Assembly: GCF_001194135.2 (NCBI RefSeq)
Contig: NC_068982.1
Coordinates: 85,864,996-85,911,869 of the forward strand
DNA length: 46,874 nucleotides
Source of the DNA: Octopus bimaculoides
Lineage: Eukaryota
Direction of reading: 5' to 3'
Numbering within the stretch: the first letter of the stretch is position 1; every line of letters begins with the position of its first letter. The translations under genes and the position numbers were made by a program. This document shows, one piece after another, positions 10,791-22,155 of this stretch. The notes below the pieces were generated by a model. That model was not told where the DNA came from and searched no databases. It saw nothing but the letters and a program-made list of their open reading frames with translations.

Positions 10791-13700
10791 TGCTCTCTGA
10801 TCTAAAGATCACTGCTGCCCTGTTCTGTTTCATAATCATCCATCCACTTAGGGATGGGGAGGAAGGGGGGCGATGTTGATGTTCCCTTTGAGATCTCTGT
10901 AGGGTCACAGGACCAGCTTCTCCTTTCCCTTCATCATTGGAAGAGCTAATCATCCTTCAAATATTCAAGACATGACGCAACATTCCATCCACTGATACAT
11001 TATTCAGAGTACTGATCACAGTCACCTTTCCTTTTTCTCACTGTGTTGTGCACTGAGCATTTAGGGGCTTCACCCACACTTTGTTTCCAACCTGTACAGA
11101 TGCAACCTCTTCCACCTCTGGCTGCTGTAGCACCACATTTGAGTGTCTCCATTTGTACCAGAATACAGCCTTTGTAGGACATCACTCTTCAGTTTGCTCT
11201 ACCATGGGTGACATGTTGTACCAGAAGACTGCCTCCATAAAGGAGATTCGTCCCCTCTTAGCCATGGCTATAATCATATGGTGGTGTTGTTCCACAATCC
11301 TGTTTCCACCTGGCTTGTATGCAGCTCTGAAGAAGCGTCTTGTGCTTCACCTCTCGAGCACCTCCCTCAGCTGCTCTGAGCAAAAACCTGTGCTGTTGTC
11401 CATTAATAGCTTGGCTACAGGCCCCCATATTTGCACATTCAGCACTTCTGGACTTTGGCAGCAGTCTCTGCCCTGATTTCTCTCCATATAGCCATTTGCC
11501 CCCATCCACAGTCAACCATTGAAAGGTACAGCTTTCCCTGATATTGTGTCACGTCTATGGCTAGCCTCTTCCAGTTTTTCTCTAACTGAATCTTTCCCGT
11601 TTCAAGTATGCTTAAGGTCGAATTGATGGATTGGTACCTGTTGCAATTCCCCACCATCCTTTGAATGCTCTCCCTAGTGACATTGGGGTCAACCATCCTG
11701 TCGAATTCCATGTGGTTCATGTTGTGCAGTCTCCTCAGTTCTGGGCCCTCCAGCCAACAAACCGCAGCTGCCCCACTCAGAACATCCTTTGCTGTTTCCA
11801 ACAAATGCTTTTTCACTCTGGTTAGAACGTCCATATTATTCTTTTCTAAGGGCATGAAAACCACATGCAACTCCAGGCTGAATTCAGCAGCTAGCTCCCT
11901 CAGGATTCCTGGGTGACACTTAATCACCATTTCTGCTGCTCCTTTTGTGCAAATCCTCTTCCAATTGATCACTGACTCAGACCACCCTCACACCATGGCA
12001 GAATCAGTCTGGACCTTGACAAATCACAATCCCCATCTCAGTGCTAGGTTCACGCCTTTTAACACAGCGTCCAGTTCAGCTATGTTGATGTAGTTATAGC
12101 CGTCCTTCTTCCTAAGCCATGCCACATCTTCTACTTCAACACCTCCTATTTCCAGAATGACTCCCAACACTATGCTGCTTGCATTGCATCACAAGATCCC
12201 TTCTTTTGTATCAGGCATGTACCAGCTGTCCTTCACTGGATCTTCCACTCACACTCTCCCGAAGACCTCTTACATTATTACCATTGTTTTCTCTCCCACT
12301 TTTTCACCCCAGTTCACTCTTTTTGCTTGCCTTTTGATATAGCTACATGCTGTTTGGAGCCATCCGGTCACAGGTTAGTGACCCACCAGCTTTCCGCACA
12401 TCGAAAACAGCTCTTGCATATTCATATCCTGATTTAGGTCTGGGATCTCATTTTCTCAGTGAAATACAAGCTTACCAGCTTTATCACTTTTGAACCCGAG
12501 TCCTGGTGCCGTACCTCCTATAGCCCCTGGCAGCTTTGTTGTCAGACTGAACCTCCTAAGATAATCCACAATTTCCTCTGCCGATGCCATGCTCTCATCT
12601 ACCAGGATGTCATCAATATATGAGCTGGTAGCCTGCTTCACTTTGGCTTCCTTTCCCAAAATTACCTCATGATCTTTGGCACCAAACTCAGGCTGTAACC
12701 CTGTCGAGTTTGGCAGTATGTTCTGTCACTGTACCTCCTCTGTTGGTACTTCCACAACTTCTCTGATACATGGAGCTTCAGACAGGCTGACTTGAAGTTG
12801 ATGATTGTAGTTCCCCCACCATTCACCTCCATCCATGAAGGGCTTCTTCTCACGTCTGCTGTCTCACTGCTCATATGACAGGACATGTGTGTGTTCAACT
12901 CTCTGAAGTTCAGCACTGGTCAAACCTTATTCTTTGTTGGTTGAACCACAGCCACCAATGGCAGCACACCACTCATTGTCTCCTTACCCCATGGCATCAG
13001 AATACTCTCCTGTAGTCATCAGTTTACCTCTCTCTTGAACCTGGCTTCTCCTTTCAGGGTGTGCTCATAGAAGCTCACCTTGTTTCTCAATATAAAAGGT
13101 TCTCCTTTCAAGTAGTACTCCACCGTACATCTTTCACCGTCACACTCAACATGGAAGTCTCCATCTTCAATTGTGCCAATGGAAACCCCTCTTTCTGCTA
13201 GTAATCTGTCACTCTTCCTCTCTCTGCCAGTAATCCACCTTCTCCCTCTACTCCATGCTCACGGCATGCAGCACACCGGTCACAAAACTCTACTCCTGCT
13301 TTGCCAACTGTCACACTGGCCAGTCATATGATCGTGTCCATTCTGACCAGTACATCTATGCCATTCACCACCTACAGCCTTAACATGGATCTCTGTATCT
13401 TCAGTTCCACTTCGCTGACGCCCTTACATTTTGACCTCCCTGCCATCTACTGGACTGAGCCTGATGTTTTCTCTCCAGCCCTTGACCATTCTTGTGGTTA
13501 TCAGAGTGGTCATACAACCCAGATCCATGAAGGCTTGAGCTTCCCTTTCCTTCACCATAAGCCTTACTACAGGCAGTGGTCAGTGGTGTGCCTTCAATTG
13601 GTCATAGAAGGAACTAACAGCACAGTAGTATCCCTCTCCTCATTTTCCTGCTTGCAGTTATTTGATATGTGCCCAGGTTGGCCGTATCAGTAACACACCA

Positions 13701-14455
13701 CCATTGGTTTTGGTTCTGCACATTCCCTAACCATGTGTGAACCTTGATATCTGAAGCATGGTTCCTTGGCCATTCACCTTGCCAGACTTTTGCTGTCACT
13801 GTTTGCCACCTGCCTCTTCATTCTACTCATATCTATTGTCACTGTTGCCACTACATCGCATGTGTTGCTTTGTGTTAACACCCACAATTTGTCAATCATT
13901 TCTCCTACCAACACCATTTCAATGTACAACATCTGCTGCAGACAGAGAGATATGATTGGGGAATCCGGTCACAAAAGCCAGCTTTACCATCCACTCCATC
14001 ACTGCTCCAGTAAACCCTGCAAGGCCGCCAACCTAATCTCACTCACATAGTTGTCAATCTGCTCACCGGTCTATCTCACTCTCCCAATCTTACTGTAGGC
14101 TTTAAAAGTCCCTCCATGTACGTGTCCTTCAATTTTTTCCACTATCTCCTGGTCTGCTTCATCCATCTCCAAGTATAGATTCAGTGCACTGCCTCCTAAT
14201 TACAGTGGCATAAGATTAACCACATCTTCTGTACCCTGCAACTTTGCCACAAGTCTCACCTTTTTTATCCAGACCACCACATCACCTTCCCCAGTGAACG
14301 GACTCAACACATCACTACCAATTCTGATTTTTGTGGTTACCACATGTCAGAATGGCAGAAGCACAAAAAATGTGGAAGAACAACAGAAATTAAAAAAATA
14401 TATATATAATTCTTGGATGTATCCTCACAGCTGGTAACAATGTGCCAAAATAGCT

Positions 14456-14733
14456 TGTGGTTTAAAGGCATGAAATAAAGTTGCTCTTACCTCAAGTTGC
14501 AACCAAGGATGACCAGCCAAATCATTCAGTTGTAATCACATGTTGACTGCTGATCCCTCACCAGCTAGGACCACTACACATAACTGCTAGCAGCCCATGA
14601 CTTGCCTCACCCGCAGACACCATAAGAAAGCGGCTGACTTAGATCTGTCACTCACCGACATGACATCATCTTGTCTCCTTCTGGTCCCTTCACGATATCT
14701 CTCTCCCTTCTGGTTAATTATCTTTCCACCACA
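14456..14733 (-). repeat. 5' LTR
   Basis: Aligns to 10526-10790 and lies upstream of gag on the minus strand. Confidence 0.9.
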
Positions 14734-15549
14734 TAACCCTTGAAAGCCCTTAGGTTTTCAGAGTGATACACATATATGGGCTTTCATTTCATATCACTAG
14801 TGGCATTTCCTCCCAAAAGAAATATCAGACAATTTTTGGTAACTTTAAATCCTAGTGTTGATTTTTCTTCTTGAGAAATAAAAGTTCTAGCAGGCATGCA
14901 CTTCCAGAAAAGTGCAGTTTCATCAACTTTGTACACTTACACTGATGTGATGCCCCTTTCAACTATCATTTTCTTCTACTGCTCAAGATAATTAGTAGCA
15001 GCCTCTGTATCAATGCTCACAGTTTCACCAGTCATTTTTATATTGTGCAAATTTGTGTGCTTCTTAAACATTTCAAATCAGCCTTTACTTACCAAAAAGG
15101 GTTTTTCATTAGATATTCCACCTTCCTTTTTCTGCAAATTGTCGTATAAACTTTTTTTTTAATTACCATCATGTTTATTGGCACATTGCACCAATTCCTT
15201 GGTCCATATACTCAAGAAACATTACATTGAAAAATGAAGCCTGGACGGTTAATGAAGTAACTTCTTGAGCACTCGACACAATTTTCTCTCTGTTGTCATG
15301 CATCTCTCTGTTGTCATGCATCTCTCTGTAGATATTGCAAGACTTGATGTTTTGGTAATATAACTTAACTTTTCTCCTGCATCAAGTCTTTTTAAAACAT
15401 CAAGTTTAATATCCAGTGTAATCTCTTTATGGTTTCTCTTCATACTACTGCCTTCAGGTCTACTTGACAGCTTCTTTCCAGACCTCTTGAACTGAAGGCA
15501 AATCCAGCAGCAGTGGTGATTAATTATCCACAACAAATATGTTGTAAAA

Positions 15550-15833
15550 CAGAGGTCTCCAAACTTTTTGGGCCACTGCCCCTCCCTCATGGCCACATAA
15601 TACCCTCAGCACCCCCACCCCTATTTTTATGTATAAATAAATATTTCATATTTCACTAATTTATACATACTATGAATAATTTAATATTTAATATAATATT
15701 ATATAATTTGTATACAATACTATAATAACATAATAAATTCATAGCATCCCCCAATCCACTGCCTTCCCCCCACCGTCCCCTTAGGCACCAGGGCCAGCCT
15801 GGACTGTCTCAACGCCTACTTTGAGAACCTATT
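15550..15833. mobile_element. Non-autonomous hAT element (MITE)
   Basis: 8-bp TSD TTGTAAAA at 15542-49 and 15834-41; degenerate TIRs CAGAGGTCTCCAAACT and TTTGAGAACCTATT. Confidence 0.75.
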
Positions 15834-16420
15834 TTGTAAAACGATTGGCCCAGGAAAGATCTGATTTGTAAGAGTAGAAAATTGTCGTATGAAAATTGAT
15901 GCAATAATGAAAATGAGATGAAAAGTTGAAGGACTGCCGATTAATGTTAGCTGAAGGAAATCAGATTTTATAGGCAATTTGTCCTTTGAACTTCAGACTT
16001 AAGACATAAATACACACACACTCTCTCACACACGCATATACACTCACATTCATGCATACACATGTGCTGGCATACATGCTGATAACTATTGTAGTCAGTT
16101 GGATTCAAAAGTTGGTTGGTTGGTTGATAGTGGTAAAGATGTGGGTTGCATTGGTTTAGATGTCAGTGATAGTTGTGTGGGTATTGCTGATGTTGCTAAT
16201 AGTATTATTATGGCTGTTTAGTTACATGTCAATCCTCACAGACCTAAGATCAAAAACCTGTTGTTCAACTTTTAAAATACACTAGGATACTGCATATATT
16301 TTTATTTGAAATGGATTTGCTTATCTACTTCATACTGTACTGTTGCTCTGGTAGTTGTGTTCGTGTTAATGATAGAAATACACACATGTTCACATATATA
16401 TGTGCATATGTGTGTGTATA

Positions 16421-16469
16421 TTGGCTAGGCCAAAAGTCACACACCAAAATATTTGACATTTTATTTAAA

Positions 16470-16508
<39 letters not shown>

Positions 16509-16646
16509 GTTCATCTTGTTCACAAGTATGTGTGTATTCATCATTATTGTATTTATTTTATTCAATTTTTTAAAAAATTGAAGCATGTCTTTGACATTTC
16601 CAGAGTGTACTGAACTTATTTTGTGCATAACTTTTGGCCCATACTG
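16421..16646. mobile_element. Small Tc1/mariner-type MITE containing (TTA)n
   Basis: Imperfect TIRs GGCCAAAAGTCACACACCAAAAT and ATTTTGTGCATAACTTTTGGCCCATACTG; TA on both flanks. Confidence 0.5.
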
Positions 16647-16999
16647 TATATATACACTCACATTATATACATTATACATACATGTGTGTATGTTGGCCAG
16701 TGAGCTAAGAAGAAAATGTAGCTTTAAGTTTTTAACGATTTAAAACTATGCAAAATGAGTTTCTGTAAGAGTGAAATTATAGGCTGAATCCTGAAATTAA
16801 TGGTCATACTTTACAATTTCTGTAAGTGCAAAATCCCGGAACCTAAGGTAGCTGTAATTCTGGGAATGCCTGCAGATTATTGTATTTAGTATGGTCCATT
16901 CACACAGGTTGCAGCAAAAACCTTCCCACATTTTGCTGGTTGACAAAACTACTGAGGTAAAATGTTATTCAAAAAATATTGTAATAAAGTTAATGTGAA

Positions 17000-17480
17000 G
17001 GGATGTAGTTTTTTTTCATTTGGTTTTGGAAATATCTTCCCACTTTTGTTGTTGATTTCTGAAGTTTCCCACCACTTGACAAGTCATTTTCAGTGGTATT
17101 TCTGAAATTGTTTGGTATATAGCAGTACATGAATAGTTGTTGGTCAATGTTTGTAAACCTCAGCTTTCAGGTAATCCTAGAGAAACTATTATAGGGGTGA
17201 TGTCAGATAAGCATGTAAGCCATCCAAGGTTACGACATATGGAGATCAAGTGTCCTGGAAACAGTTCTCTCAAATTTCCATTGGTCTTCTTACTTTATAA
17301 GCTGTGGCTCCATCCTTTTGAAACTACACATCTAAATTTCCAAGGTCTATGAATTTGGGCTCCAGAAAGTTCCATAACACTGCAACATACTGATCAGATA
17401 TTATTGTAACTCTTTGACCTCCATCCTCAAAAATGTGAGGGCCCCAAACAACAAAATTTGCAACAGCATTACTGGATACT
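17000..17480 (-). mobile_element. Decayed rosa-type (DD41D-like) transposase fragment
   Basis: Hand translation: WGPHIFEDGGQRVTIISDQYVAVLWNFLEPKF...V*FQKDGATAY...RELFPGHLIS...GW...SDITP...YLKAEVYKH. After one frameshift repair, 41 residues separate the second Asp from the position of the decayed third Asp. Confidence 0.75.
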
Positions 17481-17705
17481 GTTTATTAGAATATATGCTA
17501 CATTTAGTTAGAGAGGGATGTAGTAAAGAAATGAAGGTTCAGGTTATACTTGGAGCAAACCTTAGTTCTATAATTAGCAGTGAAATAATTGTTATCCTTA
17601 ATAGTAAATATGTTTTGGTGTGAATTTTGCTAAGAGCATTATTAGAATTAGCTATACTACAGGTGGTATGTGGAGTGACTTGCTCCAACTTCTTTTTGAG
17701 CCTAG

Positions 17706-18544
17706 TTCTCTGTGGGACAAAACCTGTTGTAGCTCAGGTTTCTGCCACTAGAAGCCACTTGATGTGACCCTCAGGCATCAGTCTGCCAACTGTCATTGTC
17801 CAATGAGATCATACTGCCATGTGGTACATCTTTGTTTTGCAGTGCTTCTCCCATTTGTTGATTTTTGCGATGGCTGAAACAAAGGAACAGTGTGCTTCTA
17901 TGAAATTCTGTTTTCTGTTGGGGAAAACGGTGGCCAAAGCAGTTGTCATGCTTCAAACATCTTGCAAGGACACTTCTATGAGCAAAACACAAGTTTATGA
18001 GTGGTTTCCCCACTTTAGGAATGGTCACTTGTTGCTTGAAGACCGACCTCAATCAGGAGGACTGTTAACTTCCTGAACAAATGAAAACATCATGAAAATT
18101 CATGAACTGATCTTGGAGGACTGGTGTGTCCTGGAAGTCCTGCCAATGAATTTCGAACAAGCAATTGCTCAAAAAACAGTTGCAGCATAGTTTATGCCTC
18201 ACTTGCTCAAGGAAGATCAAAAGCAGTCATGACTGAATGTGTGTCATGAACTGAAAGAACAGTTGGAAATTGATCTGGACCTTTTTTCGAAGGTCATTAC
18301 TGGTGATGAAAGCTGGTGCAATGGAATTTGCAGATGTGGAAGAGGTGAAGAAAGAAACAACAGTGGTGTTAAAAGGCATCATTTCACAAGAGTTCCAGCA
18401 CTGCATCGAATAGTGGAAAACATGTCTGGACCAATGCATTGCTTCAAATGGAGAATATGTTGAAGGCAATAAAAGGGTAAACATGTAAAACTAGGTGAAT
18501 AAAATAATATTGCAAAATTCCAGTCTCTTTTGGGTACCCTCTCA
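17706..18544 (+). mobile_element. Internally deleted mariner, copy 1 (left TIR not found)
   Basis: MAETKEQCASMKFCFLLGKT...KTQVYEWF...FSKVITGDESWC; right TIR TTTTGGGTACCCTCTCA followed by TA; homologous to 30046-30922. Confidence 0.85.
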
Positions 18545-19025
18545 TATAAATTAGATTTTAAATCTGGAGTTTCATCTAAAATGTTGGCCACTTTAATACT
18601 TTATTATGGAAGGTGATAGAAAGATAAATAGATAATTATCGAAAAATTTATGGAGAACTTCTGAGTATGTTCCAAATCAGACTTAGTGTATCTGGTAACT
18701 GTGAGAAGAGCATCATCCTTATAATCATCTTCCTATAACTTAAGGACTTGTTTGTTTAGTTGACATAATAGAAAATATTCTACCAATTCCATGACTTGCA
18801 CAGAATCCAAAGATCCCATTATAATATGAAAGTGATCATTAGAGTAAACATTTAGCTCAGATCATATTATTGAAGGAGATGAGTGTTTTCTATCCATACA
18901 AAACAGAAGAGCTCATTTCCTTGCAAAGATTAATGCTCTGTTAAGATGGATAATAGCTAGTTATAATCAAATTGCAGAAAAGAAGTGTTAGATTTATTTT
19001 GTAAAGTATGGGAACAAATAATTAC

Positions 19026-19043
19026 CTCTGTAGTATTCTGCTG
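19026..19043 (-). CDS. Candidate 18-nt microexon
   Basis: catttaattatag|CAGCAGAATACTACAGAG|gtaatt; frame-preserving, with a NAGNAG acceptor. Confidence 0.25.
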
Positions 19044-19059
19044 CTATAATTAAATGTGA

Positions 19060-19990
19060 GTATAAAAGCATACTTCACCAGCTTTTCTCTGATGCTACCT
19101 ATCTTTCTCACTATTCATTCTTAATACCGGCACTCTCCATCTATTATTTATATTAACCCCCTCCACCTCTACCATACATCTTCCCCGTCTTCATTCACTA
19201 TATTTACTTTTTCCCTCATATTCCTACAACCTATCCAATCACATCACCCCTCTTTCCTCTCTTTGTCTCCTGCATCATTATTTCTACTGTATTGCTTCCC
19301 ACTGCTTTCTGTATGGTCACTCATCTCCTCTTCCCTACATTTCCAACTCATATGTATCATTGGTCAACACTTCCAGCCCTTATTCACCATTCACTGCACC
19401 CCCACCCCTGAACCCTACTCAATTTCTACAGTTGGCACCTACTTATCATACCGCCACACTTGTTCTTCATTATATTCCCCATCTCTAAACATTTCTCACT
19501 CTCCCATACACTAGCAACCTCTACCCACCCACATTCCTTGTTGTCCTGTTCCCACTCCATTTCATCTTGAGGGTCTCCCATGATGCCTCATCATCCCTAT
19601 TTCTCTCTTTTTCCAGCTCCATCTGACCATGCCCACCCTAAGAAATTAGATAATGCAAGTAACCACATAGCTCTTCTACAGCAAGAAACCGTTTTGTTCT
19701 GAATCCTTCTCTCACACTTTAACCCCTCACCTTCTAGCATAGCTGCCACTCAAAGAGGAGTTTAGTCTTGCAAGCAACATGGTACCTTCACTAGTGTTAG
19801 CACCATGATATAAAGCACTCAGTACACAAATGTATGTATGTATGTATTGGCATGAGGAAGGCCATCCAGCCATAGAAACCAGACCAAAGCAGACATTAGA
19901 GTATGATGTAGTCTTTGGATGCATTGAATATTGTCAACCTATGCCAGCATGGAACACTGATATTAAATGAAGATGATAAGATGCTGCTGT
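19060..19990 (+). mobile_element. RTE LINE 3' non-coding region and tail
   Basis: Pyrimidine-rich block, then GAGGAAGGCCATCCAGCCATAGAAAC...CCTATGCCAGCATGGAA...GATGAT, as at 1-278. Confidence 0.55.
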
Positions 19991-20879
19991 AATATATGCT
20001 ACACACACAAACACACACACACACACACACTCATATAAATGATAAAAGATAAATATATATAAAAAAAATCGTAATTGTAAGAACACAGAAATAAATGAAT
20101 AAAAACAGGATAAAAGAAAGATATAAAAATAAGAATAAAAAATGATGAGGATAAAGATAAAACAAAAAACAAGAATAATACAAATTAAAAAAAATAGAAG
20201 TGACAAATAGTAGAGATAATAGGCTATTAAATTACTGATAAAGCTAGGTCACTAGTCATAAACTCAGCAGAGCAAGAACTAGTGGGTTGCAATAATAGTA
20301 AATTAATTAGAGGTAGCCTGAGAGACATGAATATGTTAGCTGGGAGTCTAACATACTTGAGTGACTTTATGATACACATTAAGATCTGCAGTGACATACA
20401 TGACTATGATGGAATTGTATCAACTTAGGTACAAATACACCAGAAGGAAAAAAAAAAAAACTTAAAACTTATGAACGGACTCCAATCAATACCTTATTGC
20501 ATATATAGAACTTGTGCCAATAGATACCTGTGGTGTAAAAAAATCTGCTATACTATGGGAAGGGGATGGTAAAAGTGCATGTGATAAATAGATAGATAGA
20601 TAGAGAGGGGAGAGAGAAAGGGTAGGAGAGAGAGAGAGAGAGGGAGAGATTCAAATGAATGCTGCTGGCACATACATGTGCATGCACACATACACAAACT
20701 TTATTAGTGCACACATACACATACAGACAATAATTAGCTGTGTGACTGTGTATTTGTGCATTCATATTTTTGTATGTTAGCATTCATATGTTTATTTGAC
20801 TTTCTCTCTCACTATCAACCAGACAATTTAACAAGAGCAAGACATTGTCATGAACACTAAACAAAAATCCATCCATCCA

Positions 20880-21048
20880 TCTATTCTATTAACCATATAT
20901 TGGTTTACAATTTTGCAAAGGAGCTAATTGATTTCATCAACTCCGAAAGGATAAAAACTAAGATTGATCTCAGCAGCATTGAAAACAGAACTTAAAATGG
21001 ACAAAATTCCACTAGCATACCACAGATTCTGCCAGCTTGCTGCCTTCA
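20880..21048 (-). mobile_element. Decayed tRNA-derived SINE
   Basis: GATTCTGCCAGCTTGCTGCC end and GAAAGGATAAAA-CTAAGATTGATCTCAG match the family at 2528. Confidence 0.55.
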
Positions 21049-21062
21049 ATTATCAATATATC

Positions 21063-21332
21063 AATAACTGTGTTCCTAACTTTCTTTACAAAATGTGTGT
21101 AATGATATGTCCTGGACACAAGCTATTACAAACTATTTAAATACTGCTAACTGTATTTCTAACTTTATAAAATGTGTATAATGGTATATTCAGCTACCTA
21201 TAAATAACTATGTTCTAAAATTTTTTAATAAAAAGTATGACAGTATATCCTAAATATGGATTTTTCCAACTACCTATATATGTTAATAACCATGTTCTTA
21301 ACTTCCTTCAAAAAATATGTATAATGGTATAA
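21063..21332. repeat. Degenerate tandem repeat, four copies of a ~45-bp motif
   Basis: AATAACTGTGTTCCTAACTT...AAAATGTGTRTAATGRTAT variants start at ~21063, 21146, 21203 and 21285. Confidence 0.5.
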
Positions 21333-21549
21333 TATCAAATGTTTCTTAACTTAATTTCGTTTTTGGATTTGCAAGATTTATGTGATTTCGTATGTTGAAG
21401 CATATTCTGTTGTCTGGGGAGAGTCATTTTCTTATTGTGCCTTGAAATTTAACACAGTCACCGTTAAAATTTCCACTTATTTCTTATTTTTATTTTCCTA
21501 AAATTTTCATTGCGTCTTGCAACCTTATCAATAGTTTTGACTCTGTCCG

Positions 21550-22090
21550 TTATTTACGCTGTGTTCTGTATTTGCTTTTGTTTGTTTTTGTGCATGTGTG
21601 TGTCTCAGTGTGTGTGTATGTATGCATGCATGTATGTGTGCATGTGTGTGTATGTATGTCTGTGTGTGTGTACATATGTATATATGTATGTTTGCATGTA
21701 TGTATGTATGTATGTATGTATTCTGCATATTCCTGTGTTTGTGTGTTTTTTATGTATGTGTGTGCATGTGTGTATATGTATGTATGAACCTCTGTCTCCT
21801 TGTGTGTGCATGTCTGAGCGTGTGTGCGTGTGTGTTTTGCTACTATGTACCATGTTTGTATGTATGGGTGCACATCTTCATATGTGTGGACAAGTGTGTG
21901 TGTATGTGTGGACAAGTGTGTGTGTATATGTGGTCATGTGTTTCAGTCTTTATTTGCGTATGTGGTTGTCTGTTCATATACCCTATGTACCTACCTGTCT
22001 GTATGTAGACCTGTTGGTTTACATATACATACATGTGCATGCACACACACACACATACACACCCATACACACAGACATACATACATCTAT
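21550..22090. repeat. Compound (TG)n/(TATG)n microsatellite field
   Basis: Directly visible; it generates the spurious CV/YM-rich and HT-rich ORFs. Confidence 0.95.
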
Positions 22091-22155
22091 CTGCATAAAA
22101 GCCCATCAACTGTTCTACTTTACCTGTGTAAAATGTGGGTATGGGGGTATGATAT

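Larger units (their letters stand above)
10526..14733 (-). mobile_element. Ty3/Gypsy LTR retrotransposon, two LTRs, 5-bp TSD, decayed gag-pol
   Basis: Direct repeats at 10526-10790 and 14456-14733, each bounded TGTGG...CCACA. TSD TAACC at 10521-25 and 14734-38. RT SYIDDILV, RNase H INIAELDAVLKG..TDSA, integrase WKRLAIDVTQYQGKLYLSMVDCG, gag-like VVVWIKKVRLVAKLQ. Confidence 0.93.
9326..15937 (-). mobile_element. Tigger/pogo DNA transposon (decayed), interrupted by a Gypsy element and a hAT MITE
   Basis: CENP-B-like [23 protein letters not shown] at ~15.4 kb; DETALFWKCMPARTFIS...ENLRAFKGY at 14.74-14.95 kb; continues KFNLPL...KA*ITKSLFKEWF at 10.44-10.52 kb and the DDE_1 tail TVRDFWKKFNITDAV at ~10.2 kb. 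TIR-like CAGGAATCCTTCAC at 9326; the right end is degenerate and approximate. Confidence 0.8.

Noticed and set aside
8990-15330. Short tandem duplications (~29 bp near 9012-9063; 18 bp x2.5 near 15285-15330) and small hairpins (9722-9743, 26418-26455)
   Set aside because: They are ordinary slippage products or chance stems, mostly within decayed TEs.
21063-21332. Repeat-spacer-like pattern as a CRISPR array
   Set aside because: The repeats are divergent, spacing is irregular, the context is eukaryotic and no cas genes are present.
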